A stretch of 64,000 nt of DNA from positions 64,001 to 128,000 of the forward strand of contig CAVXYC010000020.1 in assembly GCA_963765765.1 (NCBI GenBank). The letters run 5' to 3'. The notes under the pieces are model-generated. The model was given only the letters and a program-made list of their open reading frames with translations, was not told the DNA's origin and did no database searches. Origin of the DNA: an uncultured Chloroflexia bacterium. Lineage in GTDB: Bacteria; Chloroflexota; UBA6077; JACCZL01. The translations under genes and the position numbers were made by a program. Shown one piece after another: positions 10,554 to 21,370 of the stretch; the stretch's first letter is position 1; every line of letters starts with the position of its first letter.

Positions 10554-11095
10554 ATGCCCGACCCGTCGCACCCTCCTGGGCCGCCGCCGCTGGACGGTCG
10601 GATCGCGGCAAACCCGGAGGGCGTACTCGTTGACCCGAACGATGCCTGCACCGTCTATGAAATCAACTACCTGTCGAACATCGCTCCCCAATACGATGAT
10701 CGATTCAACGGCGGGCGTGGACTCTGGTATCAGCTTGAGACTCGAATCCGTCAGGATATTGTCGGAACGGGGACGCCGATCCACGTTATCAGTGGCACCG
10801 TGTTCGGGAATGCTCCGATCCAGACAGTGGGCGCGCGTCTCATCCCCATCCCGCACATGGACTTTCAGATCCTCATCACTCCGTATGGAGTCGTGCGCTT
10901 GCTATTTGTCCACTCGCCCCAGATCGGTGCCCATGGCTGCGCCCTCCGTGCGACTCTGGAAGACTGGATCGTCGCCATGGCGGATATCGGAGCCGTCTCT
11001 GGGCTCGGCTTCTTTGCAGGCGCCAGCGATGAATTGGAGGCGAGCCTCCAACACCGGACGGTCGCGCGGTGTGGAAGGTACTCACGGGGAAGTAG
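10554..11095 (+). pseudogene. C-terminal half of a DNA/RNA non-specific endonuclease (NucA/EndoG-like)
   Basis: YLSNIAPQY..FN.G.GLWYQLETRIR...HVISGTVF...IPIP motif; catalytic DRGH motif absent. Confidence 0.65.
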
Positions 11096-11731
11096 GGTGA
11101 ACGTTCGCCCCCGCAACAAGGCTGAGCTCCAGCTTAATCGTGAGAGACTCGGAAGCTCTCGGCGCCGTGATCGAGCAATGGGTCGAATACGAGGCCGAAG
11201 GGCTGTTACCAGCCGAAACTTAGCAACGACGGGTCAATCGACCCGAGACGTCGCGGGAAGCCACGTCGCCGGCACTCGTGCTGCTCGACCTCCGTACGCG
11301 CGTGCCCTGTCAACCAATTTAATCGACATTTGGGGCCAGACTGGTTGGGCTCTCGGTACGGCGGCCGCACTGTGCTGAGCCGATTCGGACGATCACCTAC
11401 GGTTAGACGCTCGGTGCGTGCGGCACAGCCAGTGCCGCCCCAACTTGCCGGCGACAGCGGCTCGGGATCGACGCGTAACTATCGTTCCGATTACTGACCT
11501 TTACTAGACGTAAGACCGGGCTACCGGGGTCCTCATTGGCCATCGGTCTTTCGCGGACCTGACGCAAGAAGGAGAACTGCTAGGGCGAGGCCGGGCGGGC
11601 CAGGAGCATCGCGGATGCGCCGCGCGTCGCGATGGATCCTGCGACCAGGCGCGGCCGAACGGGTATCGACCCATCACCGGCGCGTTTACCGAAGAATGCC
11701 CCCTGGTGGTTGCAAGAGAAGGGGTTCGCAC

Positions 11732-12370
11732 ATGACCTTGATCGTCACGATCCTAACCATCGCGCTGCTCGGTCTCGTTGGAGTTGTAGCCATGGCCGAG
11801 GGGCTGATTCTGTTCTACCAGCAGCAGCGCAAAGGGTCCCGGCCGGCTAGGTCCGACGGCAAAGTTCTAGAAGTTACTCTCCCCGTCGTCGGAAGCCTTA
11901 GCACTACGAATGCGGCGATCGGGCTTATCGCACTCGGATTTGTCTGTCTCGTGAGTGCAACTCAACTGATTCAGCGGCAGCAAGAATTAGAAACGACTCA
12001 GAGGAAGTTGGAGCAATTCGAGCTGGCTGGTGCCGTAACGTCTGATGAATCATTATCGGTCTCCAATAGTGGGGTGCGGCTTGTACGGATAGTGGGCCAG
12101 TTTCTCGTGAGCGATGATGGGCAATACGGTGGCACCGTGACCCCCGATTCGGAGCGCTGGGCCCTATTGGTGCAGTCGCCGGGTCGAATGAGAGGGATGG
12201 CGCTCCAGAGCCTAGAGACTTTGCCAAGGACTAGTCCCATAAATTTGGACGAGCCACTTGACCTGGATGGATTACTGGGACCAGTGGTAACTAGCGAAAA
12301 GCCACCGCCGATAGCACGACCGGAAGTCGCGAGTAAATTCCCCAAGCTTCAAAATTCAGGGGGTGTATAG
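11732..12370 (+). CDS. Hypothetical membrane protein (two TM helices, coiled segment, soluble domain)
   Basis: ATG after GAAGGGG; two hydrophobic stretches. Confidence 0.65.
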   Translation: MTLIVTILTIALLGLVGVVAMAEGLILFYQQQRKGSRPARSDGKVLEVTLPVVGSLSTTNAAIGLIALGFVCLVSATQLIQRQQELETTQRKLEQFELAGAVTSDESLSVSNSGVRLVRIVGQFLVSDDGQYGGTVTPDSERWALLVQSPGRMRGMALQSLETLPRTSPINLDEPLDLDGLLGPVVTSEKPPPIARPEVASKFPKLQNSGGV

Positions 12371-12372
12371 CC

Positions 12373-12708
12373 ATGAGCAAAGTGATCTTGATGCCGTTAG
12401 CATGCTTCCTCGTCATACTCGTAGCTCTGATCTATCCACCAAACGCTTCAGCCGAATCACTGGAAGGAACCATCGTCTCAAGGTCCGGAGTGCCGGTGGC
12501 GGGTCTCACTGTGCAACTAGTCCATCCAGTTTTTGGTCGACGTGTGGATGCGATTACCGACTCATCAGGGCGTTTTCGGTTTATTCAGATACCAGAGACG
12601 GACCAACCATACTCCCTGGAAGTGTATTGGGGTAGCGATCTGGTCTATTGGCAGCCCGCAAGCATTCAGGGTGATGCAGTCATAGTCCAGCCTATTCGAC
12701 TGCCGTAG
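12373..12708 (+). CDS. Secreted carboxypeptidase-regulatory-like (transthyretin-like fold) protein
   Basis: Signal peptide ending ASA; LEGTIVS..GVPVAGLTVQL...TDSSGRFRF..IP...YSLEV. Confidence 0.75.
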   Translation: MSKVILMPLACFLVILVALIYPPNASAESLEGTIVSRSGVPVAGLTVQLVHPVFGRRVDAITDSSGRFRFIQIPETDQPYSLEVYWGSDLVYWQPASIQGDAVIVQPIRLP

Positions 12709-13235
12709 GTTCGGGACGCTCCGGATCTTCGAGTTGAAGGACCCCGCCCGTCTGCGGATCCAGCAGCACCTGGGCTTCGCCAAACTGGCTGTAGGTGATG
12801 CGGGCCGGGGTGTCGACGAAGTTGATAAATCGAGCGTTCGGGATGTCTACGACTCTGGGCCTCCTTGGGTTTCATGCTCGTCGGCGACGGGTGTCTCGGA
12901 CGCTGGACAGACTAGACGGAGTTCGAGGCCCACGGTCCGCCTAATGATGGACCGTAGTAGGTCCCGCCTGTCAGCCGTGATCTCAGGAGTCAGGTGATAC
13001 CTCTGTGCGTGGCCTCACCCGCTCGATGCGCGCGGATCAGCCACCCCGCACCGAACGACGCCAGCCGACTATCCCGACTGATGAGCTGGAGCGGGCGGAG
13101 TGGTGTATCAACGATGTCGAGTACAACGGTGCGACTGCTTCACGGCGTAGCCGGAGATGCCACCGTGCCACGTCAGGCAACGGAGAAGGCTGCGGGATTC
13201 CCGCGGCCTTCGGTCTGTGGGAGATGTCCCGATCG

Positions 13236-13676
13236 CTAGCAGCGCGTCGTGCTGGTGTATCGGTAGCAGGTCGTCGAGCCGCTGAATGACGACGAGCTGG
13301 AGCCGGAGTTCACGGTGCCACTATAGGAGCCGACGTCCATACTGCCGATCCGGGTGCTGCTGGTGCTCGCATTGAAGGAGTCGCCGCCGATGGTTCCGCC
13401 ATAGGAGCCCGATGTGTAGCTGCCGATCCGAGTGGAACTGCCTGAGCCGTAAATTAACTCACCTGATGTCGTGATCCCCGAGAAGCTGTCCGAGGTGTAG
13501 TTGCTGCCGATGCGCGTCTGGCTCCCCGTCACATATGTCCCCGATGGGCTGGAGCAGGAATAGGACGTGTAGCTACTCCCGATCTGGATCTCCGAGCAGC
13601 TCGACTGGGCGAGCGCCGCGGTGGGGGTGACCAGGATCCCGACGAGCAGGAACAAACCGAAGAGCGGGCGTCGCAT
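13236..13676 (-). CDS. Secreted Ser/Gly/Thr/Tyr-rich repeat protein (146 aa)
   Basis: GGAG RBS; signal peptide ending ALA-Q; repeated TRIGS-x-Y/V motifs; Cys pair at each end; hairpin downstream at about 13185-13212. Confidence 0.75.
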   Translation of the reverse strand: MRRPLFGLFLLVGILVTPTAALAQSSCSEIQIGSSYTSYSCSSPSGTYVTGSQTRIGSNYTSDSFSGITTSGELIYGSGSSTRIGSYTSGSYGGTIGGDSFNASTSSTRIGSMDVGSYSGTVNSGSSSSSFSGSTTCYRYTSTTRC

Positions 13677-14108
13677 TCTGTCTCCAGCTCCGCGGGCTCG
13701 CGCGCGCACGTAATCCGGGCCAACTGGATGAACTTCCGTGCATCGCAGACGCGCCCTCAGGCCCTCGCACGCACGCGTTATCTGTCTGTAAGCCAGCATT
13801 TGTGCACGACTCTTATGTCTCCCACAGCTCCGCTCCGTGAGTCGATCGTCAGAGAACTGGACCGGGCTGTACCGACTATACTCGTCCGCCACGAGTAACT
13901 CTCTTATGACAACGCGCACCAAATCGACGTCCCGTTCGGATGCGTCGTCGCACCGACCGAGTATTAGTCGGAGCCGGCGCAGCGAGGCAGCGCGTTGCTC
14001 GACTCGGTGACGTGTCGTTGATCGATTGGCCGCACACGACGCCAATCAACCCGGAAGGCTGGAAAGATTAACCAGAGCGCTACGCTGGCCACGGCCGCAC
14101 TGTTCACC

Positions 14109-15668
14109 TTGACGTTGTACTGCGCCAGTGGAATTGGCCGGCTGCTGCTCGGCTCCGCGTCCGTGGGGGGGCCATTTCGTACCACCATCGCCCACTACGT
14201 CGTCGGATCCCTCGCCTATTCGGCACTGTTCGGCCTTGCTTTCCAGTTGAGCATCGGGTTCACTGCCTTCTCCATCCTGGCCGTGTTGACAGGGCTCGTT
14301 GGCCTGGCCACCTGCCTGGTGATAGCGCGGCAGGGCGCCAATCTGGCCACATACCGCTTGGCGCTCGCAGCCGGCGCGGGCCTGGTATTCCTGGTGTGTG
14401 GAGTCACGCCCGCCAATTTGGGCGCAGCCGACTCGTTGCACTACGCGTACATCGTGGCGCGGGTGTTTCATGATGACTGGTTCGCGAGTCGCGTCCCCGT
14501 TATCCCGGACCGCGCCTGGCTCACCGGACTCCTCGAGGAAGGGGCCGTGACGCGCGGGCCAACGGTGGCGCTCCTCTGGCCCTCCGCCGCCCTGGGCGGG
14601 GGGCTCGGCGCCGAGACGGTGACCCAGCTTGGCATGTGGTTCCTGGTTCTGGGGTTCCTTCTCTCGGCGGACGTTCTGGCGGGTAGGGCCCCGTTACTGG
14701 TTTGCTTCATCCTCGCGCTTGGAGGGTTGGGGGCGTTCAATGCGACCTCGATCGTGACCGGGGGACAGCTCAACCAGGCGTTCGCGCTGGCCGCGGCGCT
14801 GGCCGCGGTCTGGATCTGCCGCCACGCATCGGACCGGCGAGCCGGCTCGTGACATTGTTTCTGGCCGGCAATGTCATCGCCGGTGGCTACCCCGAATTTC
14901 TGCTGGCCGTGCCCGTCTATCTCGCCTGCGCCGCGCTCGTCAAACCGGGACCATTCCGTGCCCGAATCGCGGACATCGCCATCTTCGCGCTGGGCGCCGC
15001 GGTCGTGCTAGGTACCACGAGGCTGGGGATCATTCGATACCTCCTCTATCAGCGCTCCGCCGCTCCCGGCTGGTCACCCCTGCCCAACGCCCCCGCGGAC
15101 GCGACGGACGCATGGAGGATTATGCTTTTCCAAAATATCCAGACTCTGGTGGATGCTACCTGCCGCGCTGGTCGCGGGCCTGTTCGTAATGCACGCCATG
15201 CGTCGCCGGGTGACTCCTGCAGCCGGGTGGCCCCTGGCGTGCCTGGTGAGTGTTGGTGTGACAGTGATGCTCGGGATCTGGTCCTGGGCGCTCATGGGCG
15301 CCGGCAACGGCAACTATGCGACCTTCAAACTCGGTGGCTGGCTCGGGCCTGGCCTGGTTCTGTTTGGGTGGCTGCTTGTGGGATACACTCGTCGGCCCGT
15401 GCAACCCCTTCTCGCAGCGCTCATTCTCACGGCCGCACTCGTCCGCGGCGCTGACCTCGCGATATCCGTTCAGGAGCAGGCCGCGACGTTCAGCTCGCGC
15501 GACCGCGAACGGCCAACCTGGCGGGTCCGCGACGCAACCGCGGCAGGCGTGCCGTGCACGCTGGAGCTTCGTTCCGATCGCGCCCAGGATCTCATGCGCG
15601 CCGCATCGCAGTCGGCAGCGCCCGTGCGCGGGTGTGAGGTGATCGTCCGGGCCACGCCGGCTGGGTGA
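14109..15668 (+). CDS. Polytopic membrane protein (GT-C-like), in three frameshifted pieces
   Basis: Consecutive hydrophobic ORFs 14109-14852, 14702-15454, 15153-15668; DSLHY, GQLNQ and YPE motifs. Confidence 0.6.
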
Positions 15669-16002
15669 AGCGCGCGGACGCGCGCGGCGCGACCAGCGCA
15701 CCGAGCCGCAGACTGTGACTACCTGCCGGGCCGCCAGCGATCGATTGGGCCAGTCCACAGGCCGGACAACAGCGCGGGTGATCCCGCTGCAGGTCGGGCT
15801 CGAAAGCTGCGCTGGGTGGCCGTCACCAGGCCGCTCAGGACCGCCGGTACCACCGCGTGCCTGACGGGTTTCTGCTAACGAACGGTCCGAATCGCTCCTA
15901 TGCCAGATCGCGGGTTGATGGCGTAGTTGCTTCCCGTCACTTTACTCACGAAGCGAGCACGTTGAAGCCGCCGTTCTGGAAGGCTTCTAACTCGGACCGG
16001 GC

Positions 16003-16326
16003 CTATGCACGGCCGAGCGCATGCGTAGTGCGCGCGCAAACTGCCCCAATGATCACCCGGGCTGGGAGCGTCGCCAGGCGGAGAGCGGATCGTCCGAGTC
16101 TCCTTGGCCACTCCGACCACGGGAAAGCCGCTGGGCGAACCGTTGGAGCCTGCGGACGTTGTCGGGTTAACAACGGCACGAGATCATCCAGGCTTCTCGA
16201 CGCGCTCGTCAAAAGAAGCGAGCGCCGCGGCTGAGTCAGGGAATTTCGACTGGCACACTGTACCGCCAGCCGTGCGGCGGTCAGGCGCGTGAGGACCGTA
16301 TTGAGCTCATCGTCAGTGAGGTTCAT
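16003..16326 (-). CDS. Hypothetical protein (107 aa)
   Basis: GGAGG RBS before ATG; helical N-terminus. Confidence 0.45.
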   Translation of the reverse strand: MNLTDDELNTVLTRLTAARLAVQCASRNSLTQPRRSLLLTSASRSLDDLVPLLTRQRPQAPTVRPAAFPWSEWPRRLGRSALRLATLPARVIIGAVCARTTHALGRA

Positions 16327-16889
16327 TGAAACATCCTCCGCGTCATTCCAGTTCTACAGTGATTAGTGCACTGTCTGTGCCGAACACCACTGATTTAGAC
16401 ACCCCCCGCGCATGCGAAACGGAGCAGCGCGGCTCAATCCAACTGGACATTGAAACGGTCTGTGAGCCTGACAGCACGGAACGTGAGACGGCACGAACGG
16501 TGACCGGGCAGCTCAAGCGACACTCCCAAGTACGCAGCGAACATCACGCCGTAAGCTGCTTCAGGTGTACAGAGCTGTGGCTCGCGGAAGGGTCAGCCAA
16601 CTGGCTTGAGCCTCGGAAGAGACCCTTGTCTGGTAGGACAGGCCTCTCTACCTGTCCAGTGAATGCGGAGTCCATCCTGAGCAGGCAGAGAGGCCTGCCC
16701 CACTGCCCCCGAAGACTTGACTGAACCTATTTCAGCTCACCTTTTGTCAATCGTCTTGCCGGGGAATGGCAATTGAGACTGCTTGACATCCTCGGTTGCC
16801 CATGTGAGCCCAGCCCCTGTTGCCACACCATCACCGTTCCTCATGATGCAAGTCAGCACGCTCCAGAGCTGGCGAAGTAGGAGGACTAT

Positions 16890-17683
16890 ATGAAACTCGT
16901 CAGCCTTGTGCTGTCCATTCTGATCACCGCCGGAGCACTTGTACCGGCCGACAAAGTACTTGGCCAGCCGGGCGTTTCCCAGTTCTGGTCAGGGAGAATC
17001 GGTTCGAAGGCGAGCCGCCACCTGCCGATGCCGAGATCATCAATCTGGTGCTCGATTTCGCGCCCGGAGTGTGGCTTCCGCTTCACATCCATAGCGGGCT
17101 GGGCTACGCCAGCGTCCTTCAGGGAACAATGACACGGCGCGTGGACGGAGCAGCTCGCACGTTCGGCGTTGGCGAAGGCTGGGTGGATAGAGCGGACGTT
17201 CCTCACCAGGCCGGCAATGACGCCACCGTACCGGCGCGCATCCTGGCCACGTTCGTCATACCTAGAGGAACGACACTCACAAAGATACTCGAGAATGATG
17301 CCACGGCTCCCGGCGCCACGACGTTCGCCGAGCTCCGAATGGATGCTACCGACCTGCCGTCGCCGCTCGACCTTGTCCATCGGGTCGTGAAGCTCGGTGC
17401 GGGCCTCGAGGTGCCCGCCCACAGCCATGAGGGCATCACCGTGGTGAGCGTTCTCAACGGCAATGGAAATTTCGAAGAGAATGGCACCTCGCGGGAGGTG
17501 GCCACAGGGGTGAGTTGGGCGGACTCGGCCAATACCGCAGACACCGAGACGCTCGTGACCAGTGCACCGGTCGAGCTCGCGACCACGCATCTTTTGCCAC
17601 ATGGGGCAGCGCTTATGGCCCCGGTGGCGGTAGCTGTGCCCGCACGCTTCCCGGCGCCGGTGCAGCTTCCCGGGACGCGGTAA
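16890..17683 (+). CDS. Exported bicupin protein, frameshift near 16980-17050
   Basis: AGGAGG RBS and signal peptide at 16890; two cupin motifs (PLHIHSG..VLQG..H; PAHSHEG..VLNG). Confidence 0.75.
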
Positions 17684-17832
17684 ACCGCTCGGAGTGTCGT
17701 TGCCCACGGTGTGTAAAGCAAGCCGAACATCGGCTGAGGATGGGTGTTGTCGCCGCGAGGACCCTCGCGGCGACGGATTTGAAGCTGCTACCGCATCGAT
17801 CTGATGCTGATCCTACCTGGCCTTGATGGCGG

Positions 17833-17988
17833 CTAACCCTTTGAGCTACTGCCTTCAGATTGCGGTTTTGACCGCGTCTGGTTCTGCGAGCCTCCTTTCC
17901 GTTTGATCTTGTCGGCCTTGGGATCACGCGGTGCGCCCTGCTTGGGGGAGTCCATCTTGCTCACTTCAAGCTGTCCTTTTTTGACCAT
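17833..17988 (-). CDS. Putative small basic disordered protein (51 aa)
   Basis: Manual translation MVKKGQLEVSKMDSPKQGAPRDPKADKIKRKGGSQNQTRSKPQSEGSSSKG; AAGGA upstream. Confidence 0.4.
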   Translation of the reverse strand: MVKKGQLEVSKMDSPKQGAPRDPKADKIKRKGGSQNQTRSKPQSEGSSSKG

Positions 17989-18024
17989 GAGACCGTTCCT
18001 TGTGGGAAAGAGTAGTGCTAGTGA

Positions 18025-18342
18025 TCAAACTCTGTTTTGACCGGATGGGGCTGCGCCTGGAGCGGGCTCGGGCGTCCTGGCGCAGTTCCCGCAGCAGTAC
18101 GCTCGGTTTTCGACGGTTGTCATTGTCGATTGATCCACGATCGGCACTCCGCAACGAGCACAATTGGGATCTTCGTCATGAGACAATGTGCGCGGATCAG
18201 AGCCCGATCCGTGCTGCTCCATCGCCTCGGCGCAATTCGTGCAGCAGTAGACGAGATCACTGTGGATGACCCGAGTGGTGGGATCATGAATGAGCGCTCC
18301 GCAATGAGCGCATTCTGTATCAGTGCTGGTAGTCATAGGCAT
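18025..18342 (-). CDS. Tandem Cys-rich metal-binding protein (TRASH/metallothionein-like)
   Basis: Two copies of CAxCG..I.D..T.......YCCxNCA. Confidence 0.75.
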   Translation of the reverse strand: MPMTTSTDTECAHCGALIHDPTTRVIHSDLVYCCTNCAEAMEQHGSGSDPRTLSHDEDPNCARCGVPIVDQSTMTTVENRAYCCGNCARTPEPAPGAAPSGQNRV

Positions 18343-18486
18343 CACCGTTGGGAGCGTGTGGGCTTTATCGCCTCGCAGGTGACGTGCAGGTGTCATGCCA
18401 GGTCACCAAAGGGGGTGCACCGCCACAAGCTCTGCATTGCTTACCCGCGCAAGGTATGCGGGCTGCTCAACGGTACCCCAGCTCAG

Positions 18487-19053
18487 CTACTCCCTCGAGG
18501 GCTGATAGGTCTGGCTCACGACGCCGTTGGCAAACGATCGGGTGTCCGTTAGCTGCAAGACGGTCTTGTTTGGCGACTCCGGGAACACTCGAAGGCCACT
18601 GCCAAGAATGACCGGGAAAATCATGAATCGATACTCGTCCACTAGGTCGTTGTGCATGAGTGTATGAACGAGGGTCCGGCTGCCTGCCACGAGAATCGAC
18701 CCACCATCCGATCGCTTCACTCGTTTGATCTCATCAATGACGTCGCCGCTGATGACGGTGGAGTTATTCCACTCAGGGTTCTTCAACGTGGTTGAGACAA
18801 CCTGCTTCGGCATGAAGTTCATCTTGTCAGCGAACTCACCCGTTTGCTCCGACCACCCTTCGAGGAATGATTCGTAGGTGATCCTGCCAATGAGCAACGA
18901 TTCCGCCTCGAGCGTCTCATGCATCTTGAAGTCGATCTGCTCGGGCCCCATGTAATCAATCGCCCAGCCCGTGTGTGGATAATTCGGTTCGCCGCCGGGT
19001 GCTTCCATCACGCCGTCCACCGAGACGAGCTCGGTCACGATAAGTTTTCTCAT
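18487..19053 (-). CDS. Dihydrofolate reductase family (RibD C-terminal domain) protein
   Basis: MRKLIV..VSVDGVME, GRITYE, GSRTLV, LVDEY..PVILGSG. Confidence 0.9.
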   Translation of the reverse strand: MRKLIVTELVSVDGVMEAPGGEPNYPHTGWAIDYMGPEQIDFKMHETLEAESLLIGRITYESFLEGWSEQTGEFADKMNFMPKQVVSTTLKNPEWNNSTVISGDVIDEIKRVKRSDGGSILVAGSRTLVHTLMHNDLVDEYRFMIFPVILGSGLRVFPESPNKTVLQLTDTRSFANGVVSQTYQPSRE

Positions 19054-19538
19054 TGATTCCCCTCTGTCTGCATCTCGGCCACAAGGTCGGCAAGCTGATC
19101 GAGACCTGAGCCAGTGCCCTCCTCGAATCCTCCGCCAACATGCGCATTCTTCATGGCGATGGAGTCAAATATCGTCTGGATAACCAGCGTCGTCTGGTCA
19201 CCGTACTCATCAAAGGTGACCGTTACGATCATCCGTCCCGCGCCGGGAGACTCGAATCCGTTGTCGTACACAATCTTTCGGTCGGGAACGATCTCGAGAT
19301 ACTGGCCGCCAAACGGCGTGTTCGTCTGCCCCTCCGGTCCGGTCATCTGAAACCGAAATTTCCCGCCCACCCGGAAGTCCATCTCACACATCGTCACGGG
19401 CCAGCCACGCGGACCGAACCACCTCATGATGTGCTCGGGCGTGCTGTAAGCCTTGAACAGGAGCCGAGCCGGCGCATCGAACACCCGAGTGATAATGATC
19501 TCCCGTTGCGCCTCGGGCTCGGTCGCGTTCCTACTCAT
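19050..19538 (-). CDS. SRPBCC/AHSA1 domain protein
   Basis: ITRVFDAP..LFKAYSTPE..RWFGP, DFRVGGKF; overlaps both neighbours. Confidence 0.9.
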   Translation of the reverse strand: MSRNATEPEAQREIIITRVFDAPARLLFKAYSTPEHIMRWFGPRGWPVTMCEMDFRVGGKFRFQMTGPEGQTNTPFGGQYLEIVPDRKIVYDNGFESPGAGRMIVTVTFDEYGDQTTLVIQTIFDSIAMKNAHVGGGFEEGTGSGLDQLADLVAEMQTEGNQ

Positions 19539-19875
19539 TGGCAGCCCCTTGCTCATTCCGCCGCAGCTCCTGCACATACACTTCGAGCTGGTCCAGGCTC
19601 TCCTCCCAGAAGCGTCGGTAGTCATCGATCCATTGAGCGGCGCCCGCGAGTGGCGCCGCGTTCAGGTGCACCGGCCGGGATTGAGCGATGCGGCCACGTG
19701 AAACCAAGCCGGCGGCTTCGAGCACTTTCAGGTGCTTCGAAATCGCCGGCTGACTCAGGCCAAACGGCGCCACAAGCTCATTCACCGTCGCATCCCCGAT
19801 CGTTAGGCGCTCGAGGATCGCTCGCCTGGTGGGATCGGCCAGTGCCGCGAAGACGTGATCGAGCTCTACGGTCAT
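19531..19875 (-). CDS. ArsR/SmtB family transcriptional regulator
   Basis: FAALADPTRRAIL, SQPAISKHLKVLE.AGLV. Confidence 0.92.
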   Translation of the reverse strand: MTVELDHVFAALADPTRRAILERLTIGDATVNELVAPFGLSQPAISKHLKVLEAAGLVSRGRIAQSRPVHLNAAPLAGAAQWIDDYRRFWEESLDQLEVYVQELRRNEQGAANE

Positions 19876-20141
19876 TATTCATCACCAAATATTTATATAA
19901 CCAACTAGAGATTAACAGGCTCTGGCAATCGGCGCAAGGGAAACATACAGAAGCCCCCTGCGATCAGTCGCTTTGGCTTCTACCGGCCGGCCCTGGCCCA
20001 GGCCCTGCGGCATTCGTACCTGTCATTTCACTCGTAGCTGGTCGGTGCGATCCTGCGGCTGATTCGAGGCCAGTAGCGATCTGGAGGGTCGGCGGAGTCG
20101 CCAGATCGGTAGTACGATAGTGAGCGTTCGGGAGTAGAGCG

Positions 20142-21215
20142 ATGCCCATTGTCGACGCCGATACGCACATTGATGAAACCGAGCGAACCTGGATGTTTGC
20201 GCGGCCCGAGGAAGCGCCGCTCATGCCCATCACGGTGACGCCGCCGGAGACCCAGTCGTTCGTGCCGGGCGATGCGCGCGCCCATCGTCTGTGGATGTAC
20301 TCAGGAGAATTCCGACTGCGTCGCTTTCGAGATGACGCTCGGACAGGGACAACCCAAGCGACGCGCGAGCTACTGGACGTGCCGGCGAGGCTTCGCCAGA
20401 TGGACGAGCTAGGCGTGGATATTCAGGTCATCTATCCCACGCTCTTCCTGTCCGCGCCCAGCGCGAGGCCTGAGGTGGAGCTGGCGTTGTTTCGGAGCTA
20501 CAACCGCTGGCTCGCCGAGGTGACGAAGGAATCAGGCGGCCGTCTTCGCTGGGTGGCCATGGTGCCTCAACTGAGTATGGACGCGGCCATCGATGAGATC
20601 CGATTTGCCAAAGACAACGGCGCCTGTGGACTGCTCAAGAAAGGCATTGAGTGTGGCGACCGCGTGGCCAGCGACCCGTACTTTCATCCTGTGTACGAGG
20701 AGGCCGAGCGCCTCGAACTGCCGATCTGTATTCACACCGGCAACGGCGATCCAAGCAAGCCCGATACCTCGGCCACGTTTCGGACAGCACCCCAACGCGT
20801 GTCACTTCCGGTACTCGCCGCATTTAGCTCGCTGATCATCGATCGAGTTCCGGAGAAATTTCCTGCGCTCCGCTTCGGCTTCATCGAGGCAGGCGCGTCG
20901 TGGATCCCCTACCTCATCCATGATCTTCAGGCAAAAGCTTCACGGCAGGGCTCCATCAACCTGAGTCTGCGAGACGATCTCCTGCGAGCGAGTCGCTTTT
21001 ATGTCACGTGCGACACGATGGATGATTTGCCTTACATCTTGAGTTACGGCGCCGAAGACAGCCTCATGGTTGGCTCAGACTACGGCCACGCCGACCAATC
21101 AGCCGAAATCGACGCACCGAAGAACATCTTACGCATGGCTGATGCGGGTCGCTTCAGCCATGATGTGGCATCGAAGATCGTGGACACTAACGCGCGGCGG
21201 TTCTACGGACTGTAA
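20142..21215 (+). CDS. Amidohydrolase_2 family metal-dependent hydrolase/decarboxylase
   Basis: DADTH, YNRWLAE, ICIH, EAGASW, GSDYGH motifs. Confidence 0.9.
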   Translation: MPIVDADTHIDETERTWMFARPEEAPLMPITVTPPETQSFVPGDARAHRLWMYSGEFRLRRFRDDARTGTTQATRELLDVPARLRQMDELGVDIQVIYPTLFLSAPSARPEVELALFRSYNRWLAEVTKESGGRLRWVAMVPQLSMDAAIDEIRFAKDNGACGLLKKGIECGDRVASDPYFHPVYEEAERLELPICIHTGNGDPSKPDTSATFRTAPQRVSLPVLAAFSSLIIDRVPEKFPALRFGFIEAGASWIPYLIHDLQAKASRQGSINLSLRDDLLRASRFYVTCDTMDDLPYILSYGAEDSLMVGSDYGHADQSAEIDAPKNILRMADAGRFSHDVASKIVDTNARRFYGL

Positions 21216-21370
21216 TCTGGGTATCCACCCGGCGCGATATCTCATTGACGATTAGGCCGCTGAACAGTGGGACTTGGGACTGTGGGCCCGCGGTTGGTAC
21301 CCGTCAAGGATCCTTGGGGAGCTTTCATTCAGAAGGTTATGGATCTTCGCTTCTAGAGTCGGGCGTGTAG

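Larger units (their letters stand above)
8212..16400. mobile_element. Decayed genomic island integrated at tRNA-Leu; right boundary uncertain
   Basis: Integrase abuts the tRNA 3' end; followed by gene fragments, orphans and patchy GC; no attR duplication found by eye. Confidence 0.55.

Noticed and set aside
10062-11378. 438-aa ORF as one protein
   Set aside because: GC-rich run-through; only the middle has recognisable nuclease similarity
12695-12860. Protein-like minus-strand frame (VVDIPNARFINFVDTPARITYSQFGE...) after an AAGGAGG
   Set aside because: No valid start codon and no recognisable family; probably a remnant
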